Of a stretch of 64,000 bases of DNA, positions 12,961-26,799 are shown piece by piece (the stretch's first letter is position 1; each line of letters starts with the position of its first letter). The notes beneath the pieces are model-generated. The model saw only the letters and a program-made list of their open reading frames with translations. It ran no database searches and was not told where the DNA came from. Source of the DNA: Lobosporangium transversale (Eukaryota); the NCBI RefSeq assembly GCF_002105155.1, contig NW_019029000.1, positions 310,001 to 374,000 of the forward strand, in the 5' to 3' direction. The translations under genes were made by a program, and so were the position numbers.

Positions 12961-15154
12961 ATGACATCAATATCTACAGTAGACAACAAATCTCAGCTGC
13001 CATGGTACCGCCGACTAAACCAAATGAAAGCGCTATTACTAGCGACCATGTCCATGGCTCAGGCAAGTTCTTATCTCATACCCTTCTTTTCCGCTCCCAA
13101 CTTCACCATATTGTAAACCACAAGAGATTCAATGTCTTATAATTTGTACCACATATAATGAGCAATAAGACGCTCTTTCTGATGGCTCATTGGCTCACAC
13201 TTTCTATTGTGCTTGTGCTTATGCTACATGTCAACGGAATATAACCACATTAGATGCTTGATATCATCAATGTTGCTGGTGTTACAATCACATTACCAGA
13301 TATCATGCGAGATGTCGGGTACAAAGTCGATCAATTACAGTGGTAAGATTTAAAAAAGAAAAACTTCACCCTTCCCACTGCATCCCCCACAAAAGAGAGC
13401 TTGTTTCTGATCAGCCCGTCAAATTTTTCGTGTTCTCTCAAAGGGTTACCTCCGCGTATGCGTTGGCATATGGAGCATTCCTTTTGATCGGTGGACGTCT
13501 CGGAGACCTATTTGGTCATCGCCGTATTTATATCTTGGGAGTTGCTTGGTTCTCTATCTGGGCACTCGTTAATGGATTTGCCAAGGATCCAATTGTGATG
13601 TCTGTAGGACGCGCTTTACAAGGGATGGGAGCAGGATTTACAATCCCAAGTGCTCTTGCGATCTTAACCACAACATATCCTGTAGGACCTGAACGTACTC
13701 AAGCCCTCGCTGTCTTTGGGGGAACCGGTGCGATTGGGTCCGTCATTGGAGTTTTACTGGGAGGAATCCTTGGTTCAACCATCGGTAAGAAAAAAAACAG
13801 ACAACAACAGAAAATACACACACATCTAGAAGCATATGCTAATATTGACATATCTTTCTTCTTTAACACAATTCTTGTCAGGTTGGCGGTGGATCTTTTT
13901 CTTCACGGCTATTCTAGGCTCCATTCTTGCAGCTCTTGGCTTTCTGGTCATTCCCGCTGAGAAGGACATATCTACTATTGAGGACCGCCGTGTCGATATA
14001 ATGGGTATTTTATCATTCACATTCGGTATTGTGGCGGTAATTTACTACTTGAGTGAAAGCCCTGCTAAGGGTTGGTCCTCAGCCTCGACGCTGCCACCTC
14101 TCTGTGTAGGGATCGCGCTCCTGATTGCCTTCGTAGTGCTCGAGTGGAAGATCGACTATCCAATCATGCCTTTACATATCTGGCGCTCCCAGCGCTTGGT
14201 AGCCTCGTGTTTGACGGTTATGGCCTTGACAGCCTCGATCAATGCGCTGATCTTTTTTTCATCCTTGACATTCCAAAATGTGCAAGGTTATTCTACCATG
14301 AAAACGTCGTTGTGTTATATTGTTCATGGAGTTGGTGCAATCGTTACTATCGTGATCTTAACCAAACTAGTCACATTTGTGAGGACAAAGATCATTATGG
14401 TCGTTGGATGGTTAGTCTTTATTGCTTCTGGCATTCTCTTTGCTCAGATCAAGGCTGATTCGAGTTATTGGTCCATCGCATTCCCAGCTTTGATCCTTAA
14501 CTTCCTGGGCATGGCACCTGTCTGGCTCTGCTGCCAGATTAACTCTGTCGCTGATGCCAAAAATGAAGATCAAGGGGTAGTCGGAGCAGGTAAAGGAAAC
14601 AAACAGACAAACAAAAAAAAAAAAAGCAAAAGCTTGTACAATTGGTACCAAAGCTTACGCGATCTCTTCTTTATTTTTGCCATTTCCTCTTAAAAGTTTA
14701 CAACGTTGCACTTCAAATCGGTGTACCTTTGGGCGTTGCCATCTCCAATGTTATTGCAAATAGTCGAAATGCACCTGATGCTAGAGGCCTTCAGCTGTTA
14801 CCGGGTTATAAAGCTGCGTTCTACTCTTATACCGTCATGGGGGGAATAGGCCTAATCTTAACCATCCTCTTGGCTGCCAATAGTGATCCTATAAGAGCAC
14901 TAGGGGGCAATCTAACGGAAACTACTTCCGTGTCTGCTGAAGCCGATGAGGAGCAGCTCAGACCTGAGGGTAGTGAGGTGATTGATCATTCTAGAAACAA
15001 GGATGTGGGAACGAGAGATCAAAGCGAGACCTTTGAAGAGACCAAGATCGGTAGTGGTGCAAAGATTAATGGTAATAGTGGTCTTGCATCAGCTGGTGCA
15101 ACCACAATTTTTCAGGGCTCATCCGCCAGTTCCTTGAATGAGAAAACGGGTTAA
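12961..15154 (+). CDS. MFS drug:H+ antiporter-like transporter (DHA2-type), copy 1, 5 exons
   Basis: MFS motif A (GGRLGDLFGHRR), GRALQGMGAG, GWRWIFF and many hydrophobic helices. Exon 1 is 12961-13062, followed by a GC-AG intron. Confidence 0.92.
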
Positions 15155-16938
15155 TCACCTTAAAGCATGGATGGACAGCAAGAATGTGTCGACCCCAAAT
15201 TTATCCAAATCCTTGCTTAGCAACTATCAACAATCAAATATTTTCCAAAATTACTTTTTTACAACTGTCATTACCCAAGTGCACCGACTTCGCCTTGCCA
15301 CATTGTGGCTGTCCATACTCTGTTACATCGCGCTATATAACTATCTATAATATACAATGCATACCCTTTGATTTGCTGAGTATGACGTCCTATTCTATAT
15401 TAATTCAATCATGGCTGACATACTTAGATTTCCACCTGGTCTCTGGTTGAAGAAATGAACATGTGAAGTCTGAAATAATTGGTGTACTTTTTTCCAGAAG
15501 GTTGTGCTTGTAGCTCTTTTTGGCTAAACCTTTTCAGTTCCAAATTTATATTTGAAAAGGTCTAACCACAAAGAGCAACAAGCGCAAACCACCTTTAGAT
15601 ACTTATTGGGGCCCTGCGTTTTATTATTATTCAACTATATCAGATTTGGTGGCATAGCAAATCTCAAAGATAGACGCTCAAAACGCGCCGTTATTTGCTT
15701 CACTTCCCCGCTATAGCTATGATCCAACTCTTATTTATTTATTGTAGTATTGTCATTTAGTATATCATATTGCATGTCATACATTTTGTAGATTTGTATC
15801 GACTATCAAATTCACACACATACACACCAAATGGCTGCTAAAACCAGCCCTCTCTCTCGCTCTCGCCCTCCGCCCATCCACAATACGCTTTGCAAGGCCA
15901 TCAACGAGGCCCTACTCAGCAAGAAGAGGGCGGTTAAATACCTTCCACTCCAAGCAATAAACACAACCAACAACGTCCCTCCTATCGCCTATTGATATCG
16001 GGAATCTGTGAGTCAACGACTGTCTCTGTTTTGGCGATAATGTACTAGAGCTGCCGAAGCAAAGAGAGACATCTGAGGGCAATCTCTGGTAAACAAAAAA
16101 GAAGCATTTTTTCTTTCTACTATTGTTCCCTGAAAACGACTTAATCACCTTCTGTTCCAAAACCAGTTCCTACACACCGAGTCAAAGCTGTTCATGAATT
16201 CAGTACAATAAATCTTCTCTTGTTTGTGGTTTCTTTCAACGAGGTAAACATTTTTGTAAACAGGGTGGCTGCCACAACGTCAAAATATTGAAAAATAAGG
16301 GCGACTGGATGTAGGGCACTATACAGTGAGTATTCTTCACATGTGCAATTATACGTATACAGATGCGATGTTTGATCTACTTACTATACTTGACTTTTTA
16401 AATTGCCTAAAGCTTTGAGACTGAAACGGAGGATGTCTAAATCTGTTCGACATTTAGAACTATGCGATCTCAAATAGTCCGTGTTCAAAGACCTTTAGGC
16501 TCGGCAAAGCAGCAGTCAGTAGAGGAGGCGGCCAATAGCGAGAGTATGGAGTTAGGAACAGGAACCGAAACTTGAGTAAGACAATGACAGCAGCTTGATG
16601 TGACATTATTATGTCACCTATTGCAAAGCAGTGTTTCTGTCTTGCGGTAGCGGGGTTAATGCCAGGATTGCTCTTTGGGATCAATACTGAGACATCTGAC
16701 CTGAAGCGAGTGACATCGTCCGAAAGTACTAAAAAAGGTTAAGATACCAGGTATAGAATAACAAGGCAAGGGGAACCAATAACATATTTAAAGGTACTGA
16801 GGCTATCCAAAATTGCTGTACTTTTATTTTACTCATTCTTTCTTTATCCGCGTTAATCGCAATCCACCAGCATCAGTTGTAACAACAACAACAACAACAA
16901 CAACAACATCAACAAAAAAAAAAAAAAAAAAAAAAAAA

Positions 16939-19012
16939 ATGGCATCAATAATTACAACAGACATCAAACCTCAGCTACCATGGTACCAAACGAAATCACT
17001 GTTACTAGCAACTATGTCCATGGCTCAGGTAAGTTCTCACTCTATACCCTCCTCCTTCGTCCCTGAAACTGCTCTCTCTCATATTGTAAACTACAGCAGA
17101 TCAATATATTAAAAAATTAATACCCTACGCTTTGTACCACGTATAATGAACAATGAGACTCATAAAATAACCCCCATTTGATGGCTCATTGGCTCAACTT
17201 CCTTGAACTCGTGTCACCAACCTTTAGATGCTTGATATCATCAATGTTGCTAGTGTTACGATTACATTACCAGATATCATGCGAGATGTTGGCTACAGAG
17301 TCGATCAATTACAGTGGTAAGATTTAAAAAAGAAAAACTTCACCCTTCCCACTGCATCCCCCACAAAAGAGAGCTTGTTTCTGATCAGCCCGTCAAATTT
17401 TTCGTGTTCTCTCAAAGGGTTACCTCCGCGTATGCGTTGGCATATGGAGCATTCCTTTTGATCGGTGGACGTCTCGGAGACCTATTTGGTCATCGCCGTA
17501 TTTATATCTTGGGAGTTGCTTGGTTCTCTATCTGGGCACTCGTTAATGGATTTGCCAAGGATCCAATTGTGATGTCTGTAGGACGCGCTTTACAAGGGAT
17601 GGGAGCAGGATTTACAATCCCAAGTGCTCTTGCGATCTTGACCACAACATATCCTGTAGGACCTGAACGTACTCACGCTCTTGCGCTCTTTGGAGGCTCT
17701 GCTGCGGTAGGAATTGTGGTCGGGGTGTTATTAGGAGGCGTTCTTGGTTCAACCATAGGTAAGAAAAAGACAGACAGCAAATAGTAATAATAATACTTGC
17801 ACCTATGGAAGTTCCACACAGATTACAAAGCTAAATATATTGACATATCTTTCTTCTTTATTGCATTTCTTACCAGGCTGGCACTGGATCTTCTTCTTCA
17901 CGGCCATTCTAGGTTTCATCCTCGCGGTACTTGGCTTTTTGGTCATTCCTGCTGAGAAGAATGAATCCACGGCTGAAGATCGCCGTGTCGATATAATGGG
18001 CCTTACTTCGTTCACACTTGGTATTGTGGCGGTCATTTACTACTTGAGTGAAAGCCCTGCTAAGGGTTGGTCCTCCGCCTCGACTCTGGCGCCTCTCTGT
18101 GTGGGAATTGCGTCCATGGCCGCCTTCGTAGTAATCGAATGGAAGATCGACTATCCAATCATGCCTTTACATATCTGGCGTTCTCGACGCCTGGTAGCCT
18201 CGTGTTTGACGATTGTATCTTTGTCAGCTGGAATCAATGCGATGATCTTTTTTACATCCTTGACATTCCAAAATGTGCAAGGCTATTCTCCCATGAAAAC
18301 TTCGTTGTGTTATGTTGTTAATGGTATCGGTGCAATCATTACCATCGCGGTCGTGACTAAAATGGTTCCATATGTGAGGACAAAGATCATTATGGTTGTT
18401 GGGTGGTTGTTCTTCATTGCTTCTGGCATTCTCTTTGCTCAGATCAAGGCTGATTCGAGTTATTGGTCCATCGCATTCCCAGCTTTGATCCTTAACTTCC
18501 TGGGCATGGCACCTGTCTGGCTCTGCTGCCAGATTAACTCTGTCGCTGATGCCAAGAGTGAAGAGCAAGGTTTGGTTGGAGCAGGTAAAAATGAAAAAAC
18601 AAAAAAAAAAAAAAAAAAAAAAGGAAAACATGTACATTTTTTTTTGAACACAGTTAACAATAAAGCTTACGCGATCTTTTTTTACTCGTTCTTCTTTAAA
18701 GTTTACAATGTCGCGCTTCAAGTCGGCATTCCCTTGGGCGTTGCCATCTCCAATGTTATTGCGAATAGTCGAAATGCACCTGATGCTAGAGGCCCTCAAC
18801 TCTTGCCAGGTTACCAAGCCGCGTTCTATTCTTATGCGGTCATAGGAGGAATGGGTTTAATCATAACTATACTCTTGACTCCCAACCATGATCGTATAAG
18901 GGCGCAAGAGGATGATATATCAGAAATTGCTGCTATGGCTGGGGGAGAGGATCAGAGCAAGATCTTTGAAGAGAGCAAGATCGGTGGGAGTAATAATAGA
19001 GTTTTCGTTTGA
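16939..19012 (+). CDS. MFS drug:H+ antiporter-like transporter (DHA2-type), copy 2 (tandem paralog)
   Basis: Same exon structure and motifs as copy 1. ATG at 16939, shorter C-terminal tail, stop at 19010-19012. Confidence 0.92.
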
Positions 19013-20043
19013 AAGTCGTCAACAAATATTATTTTAAAATACTGTGGCTGATTGTTGTAAGTGGAAAGTATTTTATCCAATTTAAAATCTTGAAGATTTA
19101 TGTGTCAACGACTTTCTGGCGAGGACTTTAGTGACAATGGCCATGATGGCTTTGTTCAATTGGATGCACGATTAAGATCTGTCCTGCTATTTCCTTGAGA
19201 AAATAGCTTAATCGTCTTGGAACATGAACAGGAAGGATGCGTCGATCCCTAGTTTATCTCTCTCTGCTTATCAGCTATTGACTATTCGACTGTTGTCTAA
19301 AATCGCTTTCACAATTATCATTATCCATGTGCGCTCCAACCTCACCGTATATATATATATACCATACTGTGGGTGTTCATGCTCTGCTACACAGCGTTAT
19401 ACAAAATATATTATATATAATGCACATATTTTATCTATCAGTTGTCAGTGTTTTTTTTTTTTTTTTTTTTTGGTGTACCTAAAGATAACCTGATTTGCTT
19501 GTAATGCCCGAAATAAAAAGGTTTTGTTCTATTTAAACTAAGCATTCCCTTGCATCCATCCATCTTTCAGTTTGTCCCTCCCAATTCTTGGGCATAAACA
19601 AACAACGAAAATGTTCGTTTTAATTTGTCCAAAAAAAATCTTAGTTTGCTTGGCAACACACAATCTGCAACAACCTTATGCGCTGCAGTCCCAACCTTCC
19701 CATACTGTATACAAACGTTCCTCTTATTAAAGTGGGAATCATCTCATTCCTCATCAGGATGTGTATGTCATATATAGTGAATGATAGGGGAGGAAGGGAT
19801 AAAATAAGCGAAAAGATGTCGAGAATCCGGAAAAATACCAACGTAAGAAAAGTGTGTGTGTAAGAATGTAAGAGAGGGAGAGAGCAAAAAAAAAGAGAAG
19901 ATCAGGTAAGGAAGAAAGGAAGGGAGGAATAAGATGAATGGAAGGGAGAGCCTTGATGGGATTCGCGTGTCATTGCTCTCGGGCCCAAAAATGTTAATTG
20001 CATTTAAATTATCCCACCCTTCATTTGTGTGCGTTGGTCATGT

Positions 20044-20077
<34 letters not shown>

Positions 20078-21940
20078 TATGAACAAGGGAAACAAGGACT
20101 CAAAGACTCGAGCAAGTAAACCACTGACCAATTACAGCTGTAAAAGAATACCGACCCCAAGGGTTCATGTTAGTTGTTTATTTAGCCTGGCTCCCATCAA
20201 GCAAGCAAACAAGTAAACTAATTCGACCATCTTTCAGATTTTTTGCATGCATGCAAAGTAAGAAAGAGAGCCATCAAAAAAAAAAAGAGCATTGTTCATC
20301 CCTTTTTCTTTAATTCTCCCAGACCCAGAGTGGAGAAGGATGAGGATATCATTTTCTTTTTTTTTTTGTGCATCATGAATTATGTCTTCATGACTTTACG
20401 GCGCTGTAAATTTATACATGGAGAGTTGTGTAGCTTCGCTAGAGTTGTGTTATTACAGGAACAAACATTTTTATATTGGCACATGCGCCAAAGGAATTTG
20501 ATTTTAAAGATTGAGAGCAATAAGCAATTAAGCTTGAAAAAAAAGGTTGTATTGGAAATGTCCCAAGTAGCTCTGCTGTCATTTCTGGGGAGAATATTAA
20601 GCACAGGAGATTAAAACTAGCCCAGTAACAATAAGAGCAGGGTTCGATCTGATTGAGAAACATAAAGGTGACCAGCTGAGGGAGAGCCAGAAACGAGGCT
20701 ATTAACCACTGACCACCCTCTTCAATTATGTGTATATTATTATTTATACTATCATTGCGGCGACTGCTAGCCTGCGTGGTTTTCAGCTTAATAACCAGGA
20801 TGGAGGGAATCCGAGATTTCGGGTTTTGGATAAGAGAGTCTGGATCCTCTCTTCTTTCTTTCGCAAGCGATGAGAAGGACCTGCTTTTTTGTGCATAACG
20901 AACGTGCCACATGCAGCAGGACGCGTTCTGTGGACATGAACACAAATGGACTTGTAATAAATGACAAACGATGCCCTGAATTTTTTTCATCTTCTGTTTC
21001 AGGTTTATGAAATGTATCCCACAGATGGAATGAAGGTCATAGCCTCTCACAAAAAAGGTCAGGAGCAACCAGGGGTGTATAAGAGAGAGAGGGTTGAGCA
21101 GGGGCGGAAAAAGATGCATGCCACAGTTCAAAATGCCTACGAACTGCTTATTGCTGGTAACGACAAGGTTGGAGTGCTCTCAAATCGTTATGGAATGAAA
21201 AGATAGTGAGGGGCGGATAAAAAAAAAGTGTGACAGAAAGATATTTACTATAGCTGCTCATATATTCCAATGCCAATGCCAATGTCAATGCCAGGCATGC
21301 ATAGATGAATACAGTCTACAGTAGCTTCATTTGTTGTTTTCGTTTTCGTTTCTTTTTCTCTCTTTCATCTTTGCTTCCTATTTGCCCGCGTGCTTTCGCA
21401 CCAACTCCTTCCATCTTCATTGTCATCTTTGTTTTTCTCATTTCATTGTTCATGAGACTGATCTTACAACATTGTCCCTGCCACTTGCCCCTGTCTCTCT
21501 TTTTCACAGACTTTTTTTTTTTTTTTTTTTTTTTTTCTTTCCAGCATTGACCACCTACACCAATAGAAGCCTATAAAGCACACAAACATTCATATCCGAG
21601 ATCACTTCCCGAAAGCCGCAGTGCAAGGAAACAGTTAGTAACATCAGCATCAGCAGGTATACATAATGGTTACGATGCTTTATTTGCTCCGCATTCATTC
21701 ATCTATTCAGCGTTCCAAATTGAAAAAATAAAAAAATAAAACAACAATAAAAATAACTTTTTACTTTCTTTTTTTCTTTTCTCTTTTTTTTTTTCTTTTT
21801 CTCCTTTCGCTCTCCATCTTTCTTTATTCTCTATGTTCTTTCATCCTGTTTACGCTTCTTCCATTTCTCATAGTTCAGCATCGGTCATTACTGCCATATC
21901 ACATTAGAAAAAGAACATTCAGAAAAAACTGTCTTCAACC

Positions 21941-24900
21941 ATGGTCGATCATCGTGATCACTCGCCTCAGCCCTATCCGAGCACTCAGAGGCATCATCTT
22001 CATCCCAATCAACAGCCTCAACAGCCACACCACCAGCGCCCACAACCACATCAACAGCAACGTCCACAGCATCAACACCTGCAGCCTCCACACCATTATC
22101 ACTACAGTCGTACATTCCAGGGCCATCACCACAACCAGGATATCCAGGGACCATTGTCTGCAGGTGTGATTGAAGGTCATCAGCGTGCATTTGCATTCCC
22201 TACTTTCCATAGTAGTAGCTTGCATTCACGCGCTACTCGCCCAACACCCCCATCACCACCAATGTCTCACTCTAATTTGAGTGTATCCGATATTCTGGAG
22301 CGATACCAGGATGCCAGCCAAGACTTTTTAGTATCGATTCTCAATGCCAAGGCTAAAGAAGATGAGGTAACCAGACCGAGACCAATATTGTTAAATAATG
22401 CTTCGCCTTCTCTCTGTATGCAAATTGATGTGGTGTTCTGTGTGTTCTTTGTGTTTGGGAAGTGAAAGGGGGAGGGAGAGTGTGTGGCTATACGCTCATT
22501 GTTCTGAAAGGTATTTACTGCAATTGCTGTAATTGTGTGTTACGAAATACATGGGATGGAAGGTCAATACTATAGTAATTAAGCGACATAGAAAGCTCCA
22601 GGGTATTAAAGGTATTACAGGATATTTTGCATTTTGCATTTAATAATGGGGAAACATCCTGAAACAAGTAAAAGGCCCTGATCAGGGGAACCCTGGCTGG
22701 GCAAGCTAACAAGCTAGCTAGGCTCCTCCTTTCATTGTTACAAGAGTCATTGGCAGCCACACTGTCTTTCTGTTATTATTATTTTACTCGCACCACACAC
22801 ATGCACATAAACATATGCTAAAAAAAAAAAAAAAAAAAAAGGAAAAACATTGTCATGGAAAAAAAGAACTATTGATTTGTCGGTATAAAAATTTAAATCG
22901 TGGTTAAAATTGATATTGAATATTTATATTTTTTGACCCGCGATTCCCGTCCATTTCTCCTGTATCCGAGATGCATTACTAATTACTGCAGCTATAATTA
23001 TCATTAACAATCCATAGCGTAAGAAGGAAGAAGAGCGGTACAAGACAGAGCAGGTCAGGCTGCAGTACAAGCAACTGGAGCTGGAGCTCGCTCTCGAGAA
23101 GCGCCGTGGATCGCCCCCAGCAGGTAATAGATAATAAAAACAATGTTCGACCAAATTTCCCTTCATCTCTTTTTTTTTTGTTGTTGTCATATTTGTGTTC
23201 TCTCCCTTTTTCTTTTTTTGAAGATCATCAGCTGCACTACTGTGGAAAGGATATGAAGTGAGGTTAGGGGTGTTTAGTGGTGCGCATGCTTTTTTTTCTT
23301 CTTTTTCCTTCCTTGTCATTGCTGTCATGCCTGTCTTTTCCCTCCAATGTTTGGTCTGCTCTGCTAGTCCGACTTTTTAATACATTCACCCCTTGTACGA
23401 CCCTCGCCTCTTTGTTTGTCCATTTTTTATCAAGGTGGCAGTGTGTCACCGATTTCGATAAACAAATCGGTCCTAGTCAATCCATCTACTCTTGTCGACC
23501 GCACCCCTTTTTTCGAGTCCATGTTCACAGCCCAGCCTTGCTGGTAGCGCACAGATGGTGCAATTTTTTTTCTCTCTCTGCATGAACGATAGAAAAGAAA
23601 AGAGGAATAATAATCGACAGGCCTCCTATATTAGACATTTTAAATACGGATGAATGATCGCTCATAAATGATATTCTATCAAAGAAAGACACTCAACCTC
23701 CATCGTCTACTCATATATCTCCTGAATGCATAATAGGACGTATGTATGCCAGTAATGGTGCCACGGAGACGGGAGGCGGCAGTGCCAACTACACCGCGCC
23801 CTCACCCCCCCATCGTCCTTCGTATCCTATAGCAGGACAGGCAGGTGGTCCATCTGAATCGACGCACTCGCATCAGTATGGTCGTCCTCACGATCATAGC
23901 GCACATGCGGTGACTGATTCGGCTGAACAGCAACAGCAACAGCAGCCCTCTTCGATCAAACATGGTTCAACAAGGCGTCATCCTTATCAATCGGATACCC
24001 ACCACATGCAACCAAGTCCCCAGAGTAGACCTCCATCACTCAAGATCAACACCGCGGTTAGACAAAGCTTCCCTAAGCACCGTGTTCCTGTTTCTCCTAC
24101 GTATGGTGGACCTGCATCGGCTCCACCCACAACATTAGCGCCACTGTCATTACCATACTCGCATGGAGGTCAGTCGAACAAAGGCTCTTCTTCAGCTCGT
24201 CATCATTATACCCTGCCAGCATTGTCTTCAGTCTCGGCGCACTCCTCGCCAGTGGCCAACATTGATTATCAATCCCAGATACCGCCACCTATAACGCCCA
24301 AGGAAGAGCATGTCTCACCCACATCAATACTATCTCCTGCAGTAGGTCAAAATTTGAAACGCAAGTCGATTCATCATGAAGCCGTCATGGATGCGGTACG
24401 AGCCAAGGTCATGCGAAATGCTGAGCAGAATCAGCTTCGAGAACGAGAACAACAGCATCTTCAAAAGAAGGCCAGCTTAGAATCTGCAAATCGGCGCAAG
24501 GCTCAGCATCAACAGAGCAGCTCACCAGAAAGATCCAAGAAAGCAGTTGGTAGCTACAATAACAACAACAACAGCAATACTAGCTCAACATCGGCAGCAA
24601 CAGCAATGACCAGTCCTAAGTCAAAGCATAGCCACGCTTCAACAGCAAGCCCATCGAAGCAATCCCCTCCACATTCCTCTCCTGAAAGTGCTCGGTCAGA
24701 AGGACCTCAGCTAGCGCCTATTCGTCATTCGGAATCACCGGCCTCACCTTCGACACCAACCTCAGCTAACGCTGGTTCAGGACCATCGCGGTCAAGCTCA
24801 CCTCATTCAGCCAAAGCAACAACAGAGGCCAGTAAGGCTACGAATGAAACCTCTGAGAGTGTCAAGTCCTCGCGAAGGGGCAGCCATCCTGAATATGCTA

Positions 24901-25025
24901 GGGCTTCAGCAGAGGATGAGGATCAAGAAATGACTTCGCCAACATCCAAGTATGAAATGGACCGGACACGTCCAGATCAATCAGAGATTGGAGGTAAATT
25001 TGTGGCAAAAGACAAAAGACACTGA
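21941..25025 (+). CDS. Hypothetical low-complexity (His/Gln/Pro/Ser-rich) protein with a short coiled-coil segment, 3 exons (21941-22366, 23018-23123, 23737-25025)
   Basis: Phase-consistent GT-AG junctions join ...ILNAKAKEDE|RKKEEERYKTEQVRLQYKQLELELALEKRRGSPPA|GRMYAS... to the 427-aa ORF. Confidence 0.8.
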
Positions 25026-25751
25026 GAATGAACAAATATGTTATATGCGATCCTAATCAAACCAATCATAATTGTCTCCAGTCCTAGCTGTTTAGGGTAA
25101 AAGAACCTTATGCGTATCAACATCCTTCAAGACGAGAAAAAAAAAAAAACAAAAAAGGGGAAGGAAAAGAAAACAGATCCATTCAGGATCAATGAATTAC
25201 AAGCCAAATCGATTTTCATGTTTTTTTACTCAATTATCTTCTTTTTTTCACCTGAATGCCCTTTTACTTCCTTTTCATTTTACTTCATAATCTAGACCAT
25301 GAAGCTGTGCCATCATTTTTCATTTTTTCAAAATTTTGTTGTCGTGCTGGACATGACATTTATAGCTGTTATTTTTTCTCTTTTCTTTCTTTTCTTCCTT
25401 TCCACTACCCTTGTCCTTCTTCCTTTCTTTTTTTTTTTTTTTTCTCCCTTCTACTTTTAGCACCGTCACTTTTGATCTTTTAATGAGCAATATTGCACTC
25501 AAATAATAATAATGTTCACAAAATGGATAAATTTTCTAATAGCGATTTCAAATAGGATGCGACTGCCTTTTATGTGGCTTATATTAAATGTTGTTTATGA
25601 TGCTTTTTTTTTTTTTTTTTTTTTTTTTGCTAAAAGAGTCGTAAACCTCATAGAGATGCTCTTGTCGGTCGTTTAGTCATTAACTTGCTTATTCACATTC
25701 ATATACACATTTGCCTTCATTTTTTTTTTTTTTTTTTAATATATTACACTA

Positions 25752-26768
25752 ATGGTACCCAAGTCAAAAAAACAAAAGACAGGAGAAGCAGGAGCAGGAG
25801 CACGAGCAGGAACAGGAACAGGAGGAAAATTAGGAGTAAAAGCAACGCAGCAAAAACAAAAGCAACAGCAGCAACAACAACAACAAGTCAAGATTAAGAA
25901 AGCAAATATTCAACCCGTTACATCCATGACAGATGCTCGTGCCCATAAGCGGGGTTATATCCACAACACAAATAACAAAAATAAGAAGAATGAAGGGGAA
26001 GATGAAGATGAATTAAAGTCTAAAGAGAAATCAGAGATCGAGCTTGAAAACTTGGTTTTTGGAGATAATGAGGACCTGATTGAGGATACGTTTGCGAAAC
26101 TTGGAGATGAAGTTATGAGTAGTGATGAGGAACTGGATATAATGGATCGATTTGATTATGGTGATAATGATGGCGAGGGTGACAACCATACAGCTGCTGA
26201 AGGATTTGAGGGACACCAAGGAGACGAAGATGGTGGCGACATGTTCTTTATGGATGTGGGCCCAACTCCTTTCCCAAGAGAAGAGATCAATGAGGATGAA
26301 GATGAGGATATGGATAAGGATGATGATGCCGAGGAAGAAAATCATGGCTCTGATGAAGAGGACATGGAAGGCGATCTCAGTTCAGGAGATGAAAATGCGG
26401 GAGCGAATAGGCTCAAATGTAAGGGAAAAAAAAAAAAAAAAAAAAAAACTTCAATAATATTGCTTAATGTTGTTGTGGAGAAGTTTACTTTGTATATTCT
26501 TATAGCTAATCATATTTCTTGCCATTTTTCATTTTTAAAATGTTATTATTATATTGTAATTTATTCTTTCCATTCATTATTAGTGATGTTCGGAGGCAAA
26601 CCTGCATGGGTTGATCCGGATGATAAGACGCTCACCATTTCTTTGAAGTCTGTTAACCGCCTCAAAAAGTTGCGTAAAGAGGAAGCAGAGGATATTGTCA
26701 ATGGTGTTGATTATGAGCAGAGACTGAGGAAACAGTAAGTCGGGCGGTTTTTTTCCTCGCTGTTTTTT

Positions 26769-26799
<31 letters not shown>

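Noticed and set aside
16600..16617. Palindrome gtgacat-tatt-atgtcac upstream of MFS copy 2
   Set aside because: A single 7-bp stem is expected by chance in 64 kb, and I saw no counterpart upstream of copy 1.
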